DNA of 44,370 bases from an uncultured Candidatus Saccharibacteria bacterium. Lineage in GTDB: Bacteria; Patescibacteriota; Saccharimonadia; Saccharimonadales; Saccharimonadaceae. The notes under the pieces are model-generated. The model was not told the DNA's origin and made no database searches. It worked only from the letters and a program-made list of their open reading frames with translations. Shown here in pieces: positions 9,279 through 19,182 of this stretch. The translations under genes were made by a program, and so were the position numbers. How positions within the stretch are numbered: position 1 is the first letter of the stretch; the number at the start of each line of letters is the position of its first letter. The stretch lies in assembly GCA_963514965.1 (NCBI GenBank), contig CAUPXC010000001.1, positions 1-44,370 on the forward strand, given 5' to 3'.

Positions 9279-12200
9279 TTACCCACCTATCGTCATCACC
9301 TTAACTCCAGGTATTTCCTCGTAATATTTTCTAGCATTGTGTAGTATTTTTTCGAATGCCTTGTCTTCAGTTGATCGATGTTTGTATATAAGAAGTATTC
9401 CATTTTTGGCATTAAACTGCAACATGTATTTTTTCATCGAATTAAATGACTTAGTTTTCTTTAAACTCCTTTGCCCGTACAATTCTGAGTGTGTAGACAA
9501 CTTTAACTCAATAATAACTGGGCCAAAAAATCCATGATACACCTGAAAGTCAGTTCGCGTTCCATCCAGCTCTTGAGCCTCACGCTCAAATCTAGTATGT
9601 ATATCCGACTTATTGTATTTTTCCAATAGTAAATTTTCAAATCGTATAGCAATGTTTCTTTGTGCGTCCACTTCACTATTGCATAACAGAGAAGATCCCT
9701 CCTGCTTCACCCACCTATCCAGTGATCTTATAATCTCTTCAGTCTCAAACAAAAGCTCACCCTCAGAGCAAATTGCTCTATCATCAATTGAGTTTAATCG
9801 ATTAACTAGCTGTATCGCCGCCGCGTATGGCTGCTCGTCGCCCAACTGTTCCAAAAATCTTGCCTTAATATCCTCAAGTAGGCGTCGAAAGCCAGCAGTC
9901 GCATACTCTGGATACTTCTCTACCTCTTCTTCTATCAGCCGCACTATACCTATATCTTTTGTATAACTAAGGTTCTTAAAATAGCTTTCGCACACCCTCC
10001 AAAGATAAAAGGCATATCGGCTCCATCCTTCGCCTCTCCCATTTATCTTGAACGACTCTCTCAGTAAGTCAATAAATAGACTAATCCATTTACTGTTCGT
10101 TAATCCTGATAGAGGCCTGGCGATGACCTTGTCATCCAGCTCTGCCTCATCATCACCAATAGCATAAAACCCTCCAGAGGGACGTTCTGGGCAATTAAAT
10201 GCTTTTTTCTTTAGTAGTTGAAATCTTCGTACAACAGCATCCTCATCTTCATAATTAGTAATTAGCATATCATCAACTACCTGAAGGATTAGTCTACTTG
10301 AGTCATCATGATTTTTTTCATAATAACGTAAAACTTCTAGCAAGAATTCTTTGTCTGGCATAATGACTTCAGCAACACGCAAGGCTTTCACTTTGTAATG
10401 AACCATTATGTCACTTTTGAGTATAAAATTTCGCAATATCGGTACGGCTTCTTTTACTGAATATTTATCAGCAAAATCGATGAAGTTTTCAGGCAAATGC
10501 TGCGCTTTATCAGCATCTACATCTTTGTAAGATTCTACAATATTGGCTCTGTCAGTATCATCAAGCTTTATATTATCAAAAATATCATGCCGCTGTTCTT
10601 CATACATATAAGGGAATAGACTAAGAATCTTTTGCTTATAAACCCCTAAATCCGTCCTTCTCGTAAGATAACCAAATAAAACTGCCGTGACAGCCTGAGG
10701 TACACATCTAGAAATAGTATACTCTCCGCCGCCCCCAGGATACTTCTTCGTATAAGCAAATTGTATCCGTGACTCATCAAAGCCATCAAGTATATGCTTT
10801 TTTAGCCCGTCCCATATACACTCGATTTGCTCTTCAGTATAATTCAACTCCTCTCGACGACTGGCGTCTTTTAAATAATCTATGATTATTTTCGCAGCCT
10901 CATATAAAGACCCCAAACTGCCACCTTTTAAATCATTGCAAATCTGCCTATAGATCGTATTAAATTTAACCGTTGGCTGGTTTAATTTATCCTGCCTCTG
11001 CATTCGCCTCATTTCATTGTCGAGCTGTTTAAACTCGTTTGGTAGTAGCGTGCGGGCACGCTTCTCAATGGCCACCTTATCAGGATTATCACTAATAGCT
11101 CTCGTTAATAAATGCCACAATCGCCATCTTTGATTATCCTCCGCCATCAGGCTGATTATCTTATCAACCGCATCAATGGTCATATTTGGCGCAAGAAATG
11201 AACGCATGCGATATAACAAAGTATCACCATCTTTACCGCCATGAAGTGAGCGTTCAAGTATTTCATCGAAATATGATGAGTCTTTTTGAAAAATTAAATT
11301 AATAATCTCTTCTACAAATTTGGAACGTTCGGCATAATAACCATGTTCGACTTTAACGGACAAATATATAAATTGTTTCAGCATAGACAACCAGTCATCA
11401 TGCCACAACTTATCAACACTCACCAGAAACTTACTCTTACCGTTAAATACCAACTTATCGTGCTTGATTACGGATAGCACAAGATTTTCATCGATTGCTA
11501 GCTTTTGCAAAAAGTAACTGATAGACTCTGGCTTATCTAATTCCTCAATATAAAATCGCGAGCCGATGACTTCGCGTTTCATGCCTTCAATGTATATATC
11601 TATGGCTGCTTCGCTGTTACTATCTATTTTGTAAGCAAAAGATTGTATGGCGTCAAATATAGCAGTATGGTTTCGGTGTGCGGATGACAGTAACCTATTT
11701 AGCACTGACTCGTCATTAGTTGCGATCAGGGAATGTATGGCATTATACTGTAAATCATGATTATTGTTTTTAACTCTCCTACAAGCTATCGTTAATAATC
11801 TTTCAACAAGCCGCCGATTATCTTCTTTATTATATCTATTAAGAAGCAACGCTTCGCCGCAAAATATAATGGCATTTAACAACATGGCATGGTTAGCTTT
11901 TGTGTTACGCTTTGAGATAACAAACTGTAATACTGACTCTATTTGATCTGAGCTAGCATAGCGAGCTAAGTTAAATAAAACCTCACGATCAATAAATGTA
12001 GACTGCCTCTTATGTTGACTCCATATGCGGTCAAATATGTATTCCTTATCAGAACTAGTCATACATACCGCGTTTACTCCTGTGACTAATAATTCCGTAT
12101 CATCGTTTAAAGTTACACCTTCTGGCTGCAGATCAATAATAAGACGTGCCATCTCTGGCATCTCATCGACTAGATATGACAGCGTATTACGCCAAGACGG

Positions 12201-13262
12201 TATAAGTCGACGAGTTTGACTGTCAAAGGCTAGTGTGAACGCTTTTCGGATTGGATTCGCCATCCGAGATATATATTTTGCCGCAAGATATTCTTGAATT
12301 TCTGCATTGGTAAAATATATCCTTCCTTCTACATTCTTAGTGAGTAAAGAGTGCTCATATATATCTTCTATGTCTGTATTTCCTAGTAGTAATTTTACAT
12401 CCGATGAAGCCCTGTCAATAAAAGTAATGAAATCATCAGTCGATATTTCAGTAACTTGAGCAATCTTCATAGTAAGTGCAATATGCTCCAAAAAACGCTG
12501 CTTTAGTTCTGCCAATTGACGTCTTGACTTCTCGTCCTCACCAAGAAGCTGTTTACTTACAAGTGAAGCAAACAACATCGGCCTATTAAGATCCTCCGCA
12601 TTAAAATTCTCATCCTCTAATTTCTTGGCAATAATTTCAAGATAGCGAGGGTTTTGTAGAATTGAACTGTCACCTGTGCTTCCACGTGGCAAGCTGTTAA
12701 ATAATTTCCTGATAGAACCTTCTTCAACACCAATCTGCTCTAAAAATTTTTTTGCTTCATGAGATTCAAGCGGGTTAATGAACAGATAGTGTGCATCTGG
12801 AATTCCTCTAAATATATTTTGGTATTTACTAAAATAATGTATACGACTTGATATTACATACCTACATTTTGGATGTCCATTGATATGATAGACCAGCCCC
12901 CTGATTGTCTCTATAATATCCCGATTTGGCGACTCGTCCAGACCGTCTAGCAATATAATATCAGTATCATCGTGTATACTGTTTAGTCGAAGCCACCTAT
13001 CTATATCTTGCCCTGGCAATTTAGTTTTAAAATCTATCCTACGTGCATTTTCATATAGACGTTCGAGTTCTTTAATGAGGCGCGTCTTACCCTGACCCGG
13101 TTCCGCTACAATAAAAGTCACTCTGTTTTTCAAAATATCTGATAGGTCATCAATATGAGTATCGTCGTCATCATAGTCAAAAAAGTAACTACCTCTGGAT
13201 TTGAGTTCCAGGAGTGACTCGTAGGAACTTGCGATATAGAGTCTTGGTTGAATATATTTCAT
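9279..13262 (-). CDS. NACHT/STAND-family NTPase with long helical middle region and C-terminal PD-(D/E)xK nuclease-like domain; candidate defence protein
   Basis: Walker A AEPGQGKT, Walker B IILLDGLDE, sensor ISSR, QNPRYL, winged-helix FTNAEIQEYLAA; C-terminal SEVDAQ...ERE...RTDF...IIELK. Visibly AT-rich versus flanks. Confidence 0.8.
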   Translation of the reverse strand: MKYIQPRLYIASSYESLLELKSRGSYFFDYDDDDTHIDDLSDILKNRVTFIVAEPGQGKTRLIKELERLYENARRIDFKTKLPGQDIDRWLRLNSIHDDTDIILLDGLDESPNRDIIETIRGLVYHINGHPKCRYVISSRIHYFSKYQNIFRGIPDAHYLFINPLESHEAKKFLEQIGVEEGSIRKLFNSLPRGSTGDSSILQNPRYLEIIAKKLEDENFNAEDLNRPMLFASLVSKQLLGEDEKSRRQLAELKQRFLEHIALTMKIAQVTEISTDDFITFIDRASSDVKLLLGNTDIEDIYEHSLLTKNVEGRIYFTNAEIQEYLAAKYISRMANPIRKAFTLAFDSQTRRLIPSWRNTLSYLVDEMPEMARLIIDLQPEGVTLNDDTELLVTGVNAVCMTSSDKEYIFDRIWSQHKRQSTFIDREVLFNLARYASSDQIESVLQFVISKRNTKANHAMLLNAIIFCGEALLLNRYNKEDNRRLVERLLTIACRRVKNNNHDLQYNAIHSLIATNDESVLNRLLSSAHRNHTAIFDAIQSFAYKIDSNSEAAIDIYIEGMKREVIGSRFYIEELDKPESISYFLQKLAIDENLVLSVIKHDKLVFNGKSKFLVSVDKLWHDDWLSMLKQFIYLSVKVEHGYYAERSKFVEEIINLIFQKDSSYFDEILERSLHGGKDGDTLLYRMRSFLAPNMTIDAVDKIISLMAEDNQRWRLWHLLTRAISDNPDKVAIEKRARTLLPNEFKQLDNEMRRMQRQDKLNQPTVKFNTIYRQICNDLKGGSLGSLYEAAKIIIDYLKDASRREELNYTEEQIECIWDGLKKHILDGFDESRIQFAYTKKYPGGGGEYTISRCVPQAVTAVLFGYLTRRTDLGVYKQKILSLFPYMYEEQRHDIFDNIKLDDTDRANIVESYKDVDADKAQHLPENFIDFADKYSVKEAVPILRNFILKSDIMVHYKVKALRVAEVIMPDKEFLLEVLRYYEKNHDDSSRLILQVVDDMLITNYEDEDAVVRRFQLLKKKAFNCPERPSGGFYAIGDDEAELDDKVIARPLSGLTNSKWISLFIDLLRESFKINGRGEGWSRYAFYLWRVCESYFKNLSYTKDIGIVRLIEEEVEKYPEYATAGFRRLLEDIKARFLEQLGDEQPYAAAIQLVNRLNSIDDRAICSEGELLFETEEIIRSLDRWVKQEGSSLLCNSEVDAQRNIAIRFENLLLEKYNKSDIHTRFEREAQELDGTRTDFQVYHGFFGPVIIELKLSTHSELYGQRSLKKTKSFNSMKKYMLQFNAKNGILLIYKHRSTEDKAFEKILHNARKYYEEIPGVKVMTIGG

Positions 13263-13346
13263 CTTTATATATAATTATAGCCTAATTAATCCTAAGATGT
13301 AGATCAAAATAATTTATATCAAAATTTGTCAACACTGCACTTTAAT

Positions 13347-14729
<1,383 letters not shown>

Positions 14730-15845
14730 TTAATGAATATAATTATAAGCGCCTGGGTTGGTCAACTCACGGTGAGTGATGACATTATAGCCAGCAAAGT
14801 TCATGTCACTCACAAACACCCGACCATTCTCAACCCTGTCAACGATCCCAACGTGTCCGTAGTAGCCACCTGAGCTCTGGAAAATAGCACCCGGAGCTGG
14901 TGTCTTATTGACCGTAAAGCCAGCAGCACGTGCACTCGCAGCCCAAGTATTGGCGTTACCCCAGAAGCTACCGATTGGACGACCAAGTGCCAAGCGTCGC
15001 TCATATGAGTACCACGTACAGTTACCTGGTGCGTATCGGTTACCAACAGATGCAGCAACATTGCCGTAGCTCACGCCACTATAACCAGAATGACTATTAC
15101 TGCTTCGTCCACCGCGCGGTGCGACATACCCTGGGCGCTCATTTTCTGGCAGTTCACCACCAGGCAAGACGATGCGCGTATTGACCGTTGGCTGTGCCAC
15201 GCGATCTAGTGAGTTGTACAATAAGACTCGCTCGGCATCAACTTTATACTTTGAAGCGATAGCTGCGATGGTATCGCCTTCCTTGACAGTGTAAACCACA
15301 CCATCGACTTGTGGCACTAACAGCGTCCTACCTGGTTCAACAGCGTCAGAGGTCATATTGTTCGCCCAACGCAGTGTCTGGGCTGAGATTTTGAATTTAG
15401 CAGCAATTTTAGCTAAATCATCACCCGGCTTAGTAACATATTCGGTAATACCACGCTGAGATGATGTTTCCGGCTGGATAAGCTGCGGCTTAGAGATAAC
15501 CTCTGCGTCAGTTTGAGCTAACTGCTTCTGGATTTGCAAAGAAGTAGTTGCTTCGCGCAAGTCACCAGCGGATGGTAAATCAGTAGCCTCTGCTAAACTA
15601 GCGACGGCGTCAGCCACCTCTAATTGATCGACTGACATTTTTTCCTTACTTGTGGTTGTAGACTTTGGATTTGGGTTAGCAACCTGAGACTCTTGGGCGG
15701 AAACCTCCACTCCAGTAACCCCGGTCCCCTGATGATAATTATTAATAGTCAAAAATGAAACAATAAGTGCAAATAGGGCTACATAGATAGAAGCTGACCG
15801 TACTCGCGCTAGACGACTCTGTCGAGTCTTTGATGTGTTACGAAT
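14730..15845 (-). CDS. LysM (x2) + CHAP peptidoglycan hydrolase; probable ATT start at 15845 (ORF track starts at TTG 15752)
   Basis: YVTKPGDDLAKIAAKF and YTVKEGDTIAAIASKY LysM repeats; GNCTWY...WGNA...YGHVGIV...SDMN CHAP motifs. Upstream in-frame extension adds a basic region plus hydrophobic helix behind an AGGAGA SD. Confidence 0.88.
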   Translation of the reverse strand: MRNTSKTRQSRLARVRSASIYVALFALIVSFLTINNYHQGTGVTGVEVSAQESQVANPNPKSTTTSKEKMSVDQLEVADAVASLAEATDLPSAGDLREATTSLQIQKQLAQTDAEVISKPQLIQPETSSQRGITEYVTKPGDDLAKIAAKFKISAQTLRWANNMTSDAVEPGRTLLVPQVDGVVYTVKEGDTIAAIASKYKVDAERVLLYNSLDRVAQPTVNTRIVLPGGELPENERPGYVAPRGGRSSNSHSGYSGVSYGNVAASVGNRYAPGNCTWYSYERRLALGRPIGSFWGNANTWAASARAAGFTVNKTPAPGAIFQSSGGYYGHVGIVDRVENGRVFVSDMNFAGYNVITHRELTNPGAYNYIH

Positions 15846-15857
15846 AATCGTTCTCCT

Positions 15858-16046
15858 GCATTGGCGTTACCACCAGTGCTACTACCATAATGAGTCTTTC
15901 TTCTCGCAATAGAACAGGATACGTTGTCGACCTAATAATTAGTGATATTTCATAAACGATTAGTTTTGTGCTGTATCCGTACGACCGTTTTGGTAGGCTC
16001 AACCCTCGACAGTTAAAAACAGAGTTAACTGTTCACGGTTAAGCTG
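15858..16046 (-). ncRNA. Structured ~200-nt 5' leader RNA; candidate lysM-TM7-type cis-regulatory motif
   Basis: Several complementary segments (16009-16016/16025-16032; 15882-15887/15991-15996; 15917-15922/15973-15978; GTAA-tetraloop hairpin 15858-15879) between a consensus promoter and a LysM gene. Family identity is from context only. Confidence 0.5.
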
Positions 16047-16052
16047 ACATCT

Positions 16053-16081
16053 ATTATAGTCTATATTGACATTTAAGTCAA
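16053..16081 (-). promoter_or_regulatory. Near-consensus sigma70 promoter of the LysM-CHAP gene
   Basis: TTGACT (16081-16076), 17 nt spacer, TATAAT (16058-16053). Confidence 0.8.
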
Positions 16082-16105
16082 AACATTTTTAGAAAATACA
16101 TTTTG

Positions 16106-17170
16106 TCAAGATTGCTGACACTTCTGATGACAATGCGCCTTGGTATTAGCAGTGTGTTCGGCATCTGTTTTAGCAAAATAGGTTACATTATCATCGCCAC
16201 TGAGGAAAAAGAGGTAATCTGTCTGTGCCGGGTCAGCAACCGCATTCAGTGCACTTAGCCCGGGAGTAGCTATCGGTCCCGGCGGCAACCCTTTGTGCAC
16301 GCGAGTATTGTATGGGGAGTCAAGCTGCGTATCACGAGTGACACCCATCTTGTCAGCAGCATACTGATAGGTCACATCCGACCCTAAGTTCATGCCAGCT
16401 TTCATCCTGTTATAAAATACGCTAGCGATCTTTCGCTGATCTTCACAGACTTCAGTACCTACACCGCAGCCGATTGACTCTTTCTGAACGATGGAAGCGA
16501 GCGTTATACCCTGATAGAGCGTCAATCCGCGTTTTTTGAACTTTTCTTCCAAATTATTTTTTCTGGCTACTTGATCAAACTCTGCTAATGCACGCTGAAT
16601 TGCTGATTTGGCGGTTGCATCACCGCTCATAAAATACGTATCACCATAGACAAAACCTTCAAGATCAGCCCCTGCTGGGCGTGCTTTGAAAACATAGCTA
16701 TCGTAGTCTGCTTTAAAGGCAGTTTCAATATCGGCGTCGTTATACCCAGCTTTTTTGAGAGCGCTTTCGACTGAGCGATAATCTTTTCCGCGTAACGTAC
16801 CGTCAGGGTAGAAGCGAACAGCCATCTCATCAGATTGACCGTCGATCAGATGTTTGATGATCTCAGGTGTTGACTGCGATGGCTTAACAGCATACACGCC
16901 GACGTTAAAACGAGCATCAATTCGCTTCAATTTGATATAGCCCAAAAATGCGTACCGACTGCGGATAAGTTTCTTTTCTTCCAGAGCAGACGCTACTTGA
17001 GGAGCTGTCATGCCGCTGGTGATATTGACCCGCGTTACTGTCTGGTCGCCTGTGTTTACCGCCGAAAGATTGTGTATATACCAACCAGCTCCAGCTGCAG
17101 CAGATAAACCGAGCACTGCCACCAAGCCAGCTACCACAATCATCCATTTTCTCGACTTACGAATCTGCAT
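16106..17170 (-). CDS. mltG: Endolytic transglycosylase MltG (YceG); start corrected to MQIRKS
   Basis: N-terminal TM, LEGFVYGDTY, LASIVQKE, SVFYNR, SPYNT...GLPPGPIATPG; GGAGG SD before ATG 17170. Confidence 0.93.
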   Translation of the reverse strand: MQIRKSRKWMIVVAGLVAVLGLSAAAGAGWYIHNLSAVNTGDQTVTRVNITSGMTAPQVASALEEKKLIRSRYAFLGYIKLKRIDARFNVGVYAVKPSQSTPEIIKHLIDGQSDEMAVRFYPDGTLRGKDYRSVESALKKAGYNDADIETAFKADYDSYVFKARPAGADLEGFVYGDTYFMSGDATAKSAIQRALAEFDQVARKNNLEEKFKKRGLTLYQGITLASIVQKESIGCGVGTEVCEDQRKIASVFYNRMKAGMNLGSDVTYQYAADKMGVTRDTQLDSPYNTRVHKGLPPGPIATPGLSALNAVADPAQTDYLFFLSGDDNVTYFAKTDAEHTANTKAHCHQKCQQS

Positions 17171-17567
17171 AGTGTACCTCCAAATAATCCTGCAAAATGA
17201 TGCTGGCAGCCTCAGCGTCAATCTCACCTTTATCTTTAACGCGACCTAACCGACGTTCAGCTTCAACGCTACTGAGCGACTCATCTTGATAAACCAGCTC
17301 AGCATCAAGCTCAATCTCAGAAAAACCATCAACAAACTGCTCTACAAACGCTGTCTGTTTGGTTGGCTCTCCTGACTGATTGCGCGGATAACCGACAACG
17401 ATAATATCAATATCATGTCGTAACACCGTTTCCGCCAGTTTGGTAAAAATCTCATCGTTATTCTCCAGCCAACCAAACGGCACAGCGATTCTGACTGAGG
17501 TATCAGCCATAGCCAAACCAATTCGTCGTTCACCGACGTCCAGTGCCAGCAAATTCTTACCGGCCAT
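17157..17567 (-). CDS. ruvX: YqgF/RuvX family RNase H-like nuclease
   Basis: LALDVGERRIGLA, VVGYP, DESLSS, IDAEAASIILQ. Confidence 0.93.
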   Translation of the reverse strand: MAGKNLLALDVGERRIGLAMADTSVRIAVPFGWLENNDEIFTKLAETVLRHDIDIIVVGYPRNQSGEPTKQTAFVEQFVDGFSEIELDAELVYQDESLSSVEAERRLGRVKDKGEIDAEAASIILQDYLEVHYADS

Positions 17568-19182
17568 TATCCAACTTAAATTCTATACTAATATGTTTGT
17601 CATTGTTTGGCACGGTGCGCACCCAAAACGGTGAGAATTTCGTGTCAACATCTTGCACGCCTTCGATTGATTCGAGGCTCGACTGAACATCACCATAGTT
17701 TCGGCCCTTGACCTGTTCTTTGACTTTATGCTCATCAATTTCTGGGCCAATCTTCGCATTTGCGGTTAATCGAACCTGCACGGCATTGTTGCGCTCACTG
17801 TATTGCGCAAATTTTACCTCATTTGACCCATCATTATAGATCTTTTGGTTTTTCTTGCTGCCAATTTCTTTCTTGAGCGTGTCCTCTAAAAATTGTTTCA
17901 TATCAGAGCGATCAATACCCTGCATACTGGCTGTCACTGTTGTCTTCAACTGAACGGTACCGCTGGCTTCATGGTCAACCGCCACTGAAGGAGTAGGGTT
18001 TGAGCGAGCCTCTTGGTAGCTTTCATTGATGACGATGCTTGAAGATGGGAATAGTGCTTTGACTGCTGACTGTAGCGACGGATCTTTTTGCGCATCAAGT
18101 TTGGCTTTGGCTTTGGCGACATCAGCGGCTGACACCACCGTGACTTCACGACTTGAGCCGCCGTTCATAGAAGAGCCTACTGCTGAAAAGCCACTGACGT
18201 TTGACGAGTAACTGCGTGAAGATAGGTTATATTCACTGCCGACTTGAGTTGCCTGCACTTGCACAGTAGCCGAAGACTGGATGACGCCGCCAGGACCAAT
18301 TGACGTGCCAGACAAGGTAGCTGGCTCAGTACTAACAAAGGTATAATCACCAGAAGAGAATGACGTTCCGGCCGGTATGGTAATGGTCAGGCTCGACACT
18401 GATGTTCGAACTAGCTTCATGCTACCGCTGGCTTTTTCACCAACCTTTTTCTTGCCCGTAGGAGTGAAATCAACAGAGATCTCTTTCTTTTGTTCTTGAC
18501 GCAATGACTTGATGGTGTTGTTAGCAGCATCAACTTTGCCATCTTGCTTTAATGTGACTGATTTATCAACGGTAGATGTAGTCGTTTTGGCTGTGATCAC
18601 CACTGTAGCATGTGGTGCAAACCAAATCGCCCAAACCATGAACAGAACAAATAGAACGATGCCGCCGCCAATCAAGACTAATTTTTTGCGGAAAACATTA
18701 AAATCTGGGACTTTTGGCTTACCTTTGCCTGCTGGCTTAGCAGGTTTTGCTGGCTTTGTTGGCTTTTCATCCTCGGCTATAGCTGCATCGATAGCATCAT
18801 CAGCCTTATTTCGTGCTTTTGGCGTCGCCTTATCAGCCAATTCACCGACCGGTATCTCACTACCGTCAATCACATCATCGCCATCATCAACATCGATGGC
18901 TGGAATTTCCGCAATTTCTGGACGAGACTGCAATGTCTTGGCCACTGGGATGCGAGCTGCGGCTGCCAATCCACTGAGCGCCTGGTCACTGGTGATCAAC
19001 ACGATTCGCTTCTCGGCATTTTCCGCCGCACGATTTAACAATCTCATATTGACCGCGCTCTGCAATATACCAACCCGTTTAGGAGGCACCAATGCAACGA
19101 TGCGCGCCTTTGAATCTTTTATCTTGCTGACGATGTTGGTGATATCGTCTTCAACATCGATATAGATAACATCTTTGTTCAT
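17557..19182 (-). CDS. Bitopic membrane protein: N-terminal globular domain, acidic/Lys-Pro linker, one TM, large extracellular beta-rich region (baseplate-J-like segment)
   Basis: 541 aa; TM LVLIGGGIVLFVLFMVWAIWF; TIPAGTSF...VQVQATQVGSEYNL...GGS resembles baseplate J/gp47-annotated segments; directly abuts the FtsA-like gene. Confidence 0.75.
   Translation of the reverse strand: MNKDVIYIDVEDDITNIVSKIKDSKARIVALVPPKRVGILQSAVNMRLLNRAAENAEKRIVLITSDQALSGLAAAARIPVAKTLQSRPEIAEIPAIDVDDGDDVIDGSEIPVGELADKATPKARNKADDAIDAAIAEDEKPTKPAKPAKPAGKGKPKVPDFNVFRKKLVLIGGGIVLFVLFMVWAIWFAPHATVVITAKTTTSTVDKSVTLKQDGKVDAANNTIKSLRQEQKKEISVDFTPTGKKKVGEKASGSMKLVRTSVSSLTITIPAGTSFSSGDYTFVSTEPATLSGTSIGPGGVIQSSATVQVQATQVGSEYNLSSRSYSSNVSGFSAVGSSMNGGSSREVTVVSAADVAKAKAKLDAQKDPSLQSAVKALFPSSSIVINESYQEARSNPTPSVAVDHEASGTVQLKTTVTASMQGIDRSDMKQFLEDTLKKEIGSKKNQKIYNDGSNEVKFAQYSERNNAVQVRLTANAKIGPEIDEHKVKEQVKGRNYGDVQSSLESIEGVQDVDTKFSPFWVRTVPNNDKHISIEFKLDNGR

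Noticed and set aside
9279..13262. Naming the NTPase as a specific Avs/AVAST type or a restriction-modification enzyme
   Set aside because: No N-terminal effector as in Avs proteins and no adjacent methyltransferase; a family name needs an HMM search.
15846..16046. c-di-AMP (ydaO) riboswitch ahead of a wall hydrolase
   Set aside because: Only a short GTCAGCTTAACC resemblance at the 5' end; the other conserved ydaO blocks are not visible.
18509..19165. Long plus-strand ORFs (218 aa here; also 28433-28993 and 29504-30145)
   Set aside because: Largely antisense to well-supported genes, with no recognisable motifs or initiation signals.
17557..19182. Baseplate-J-like segment as evidence of a prophage or contractile injection system
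   Set aside because: No other phage structural genes nearby; the protein is membrane-anchored and sits in a cell-envelope operon.
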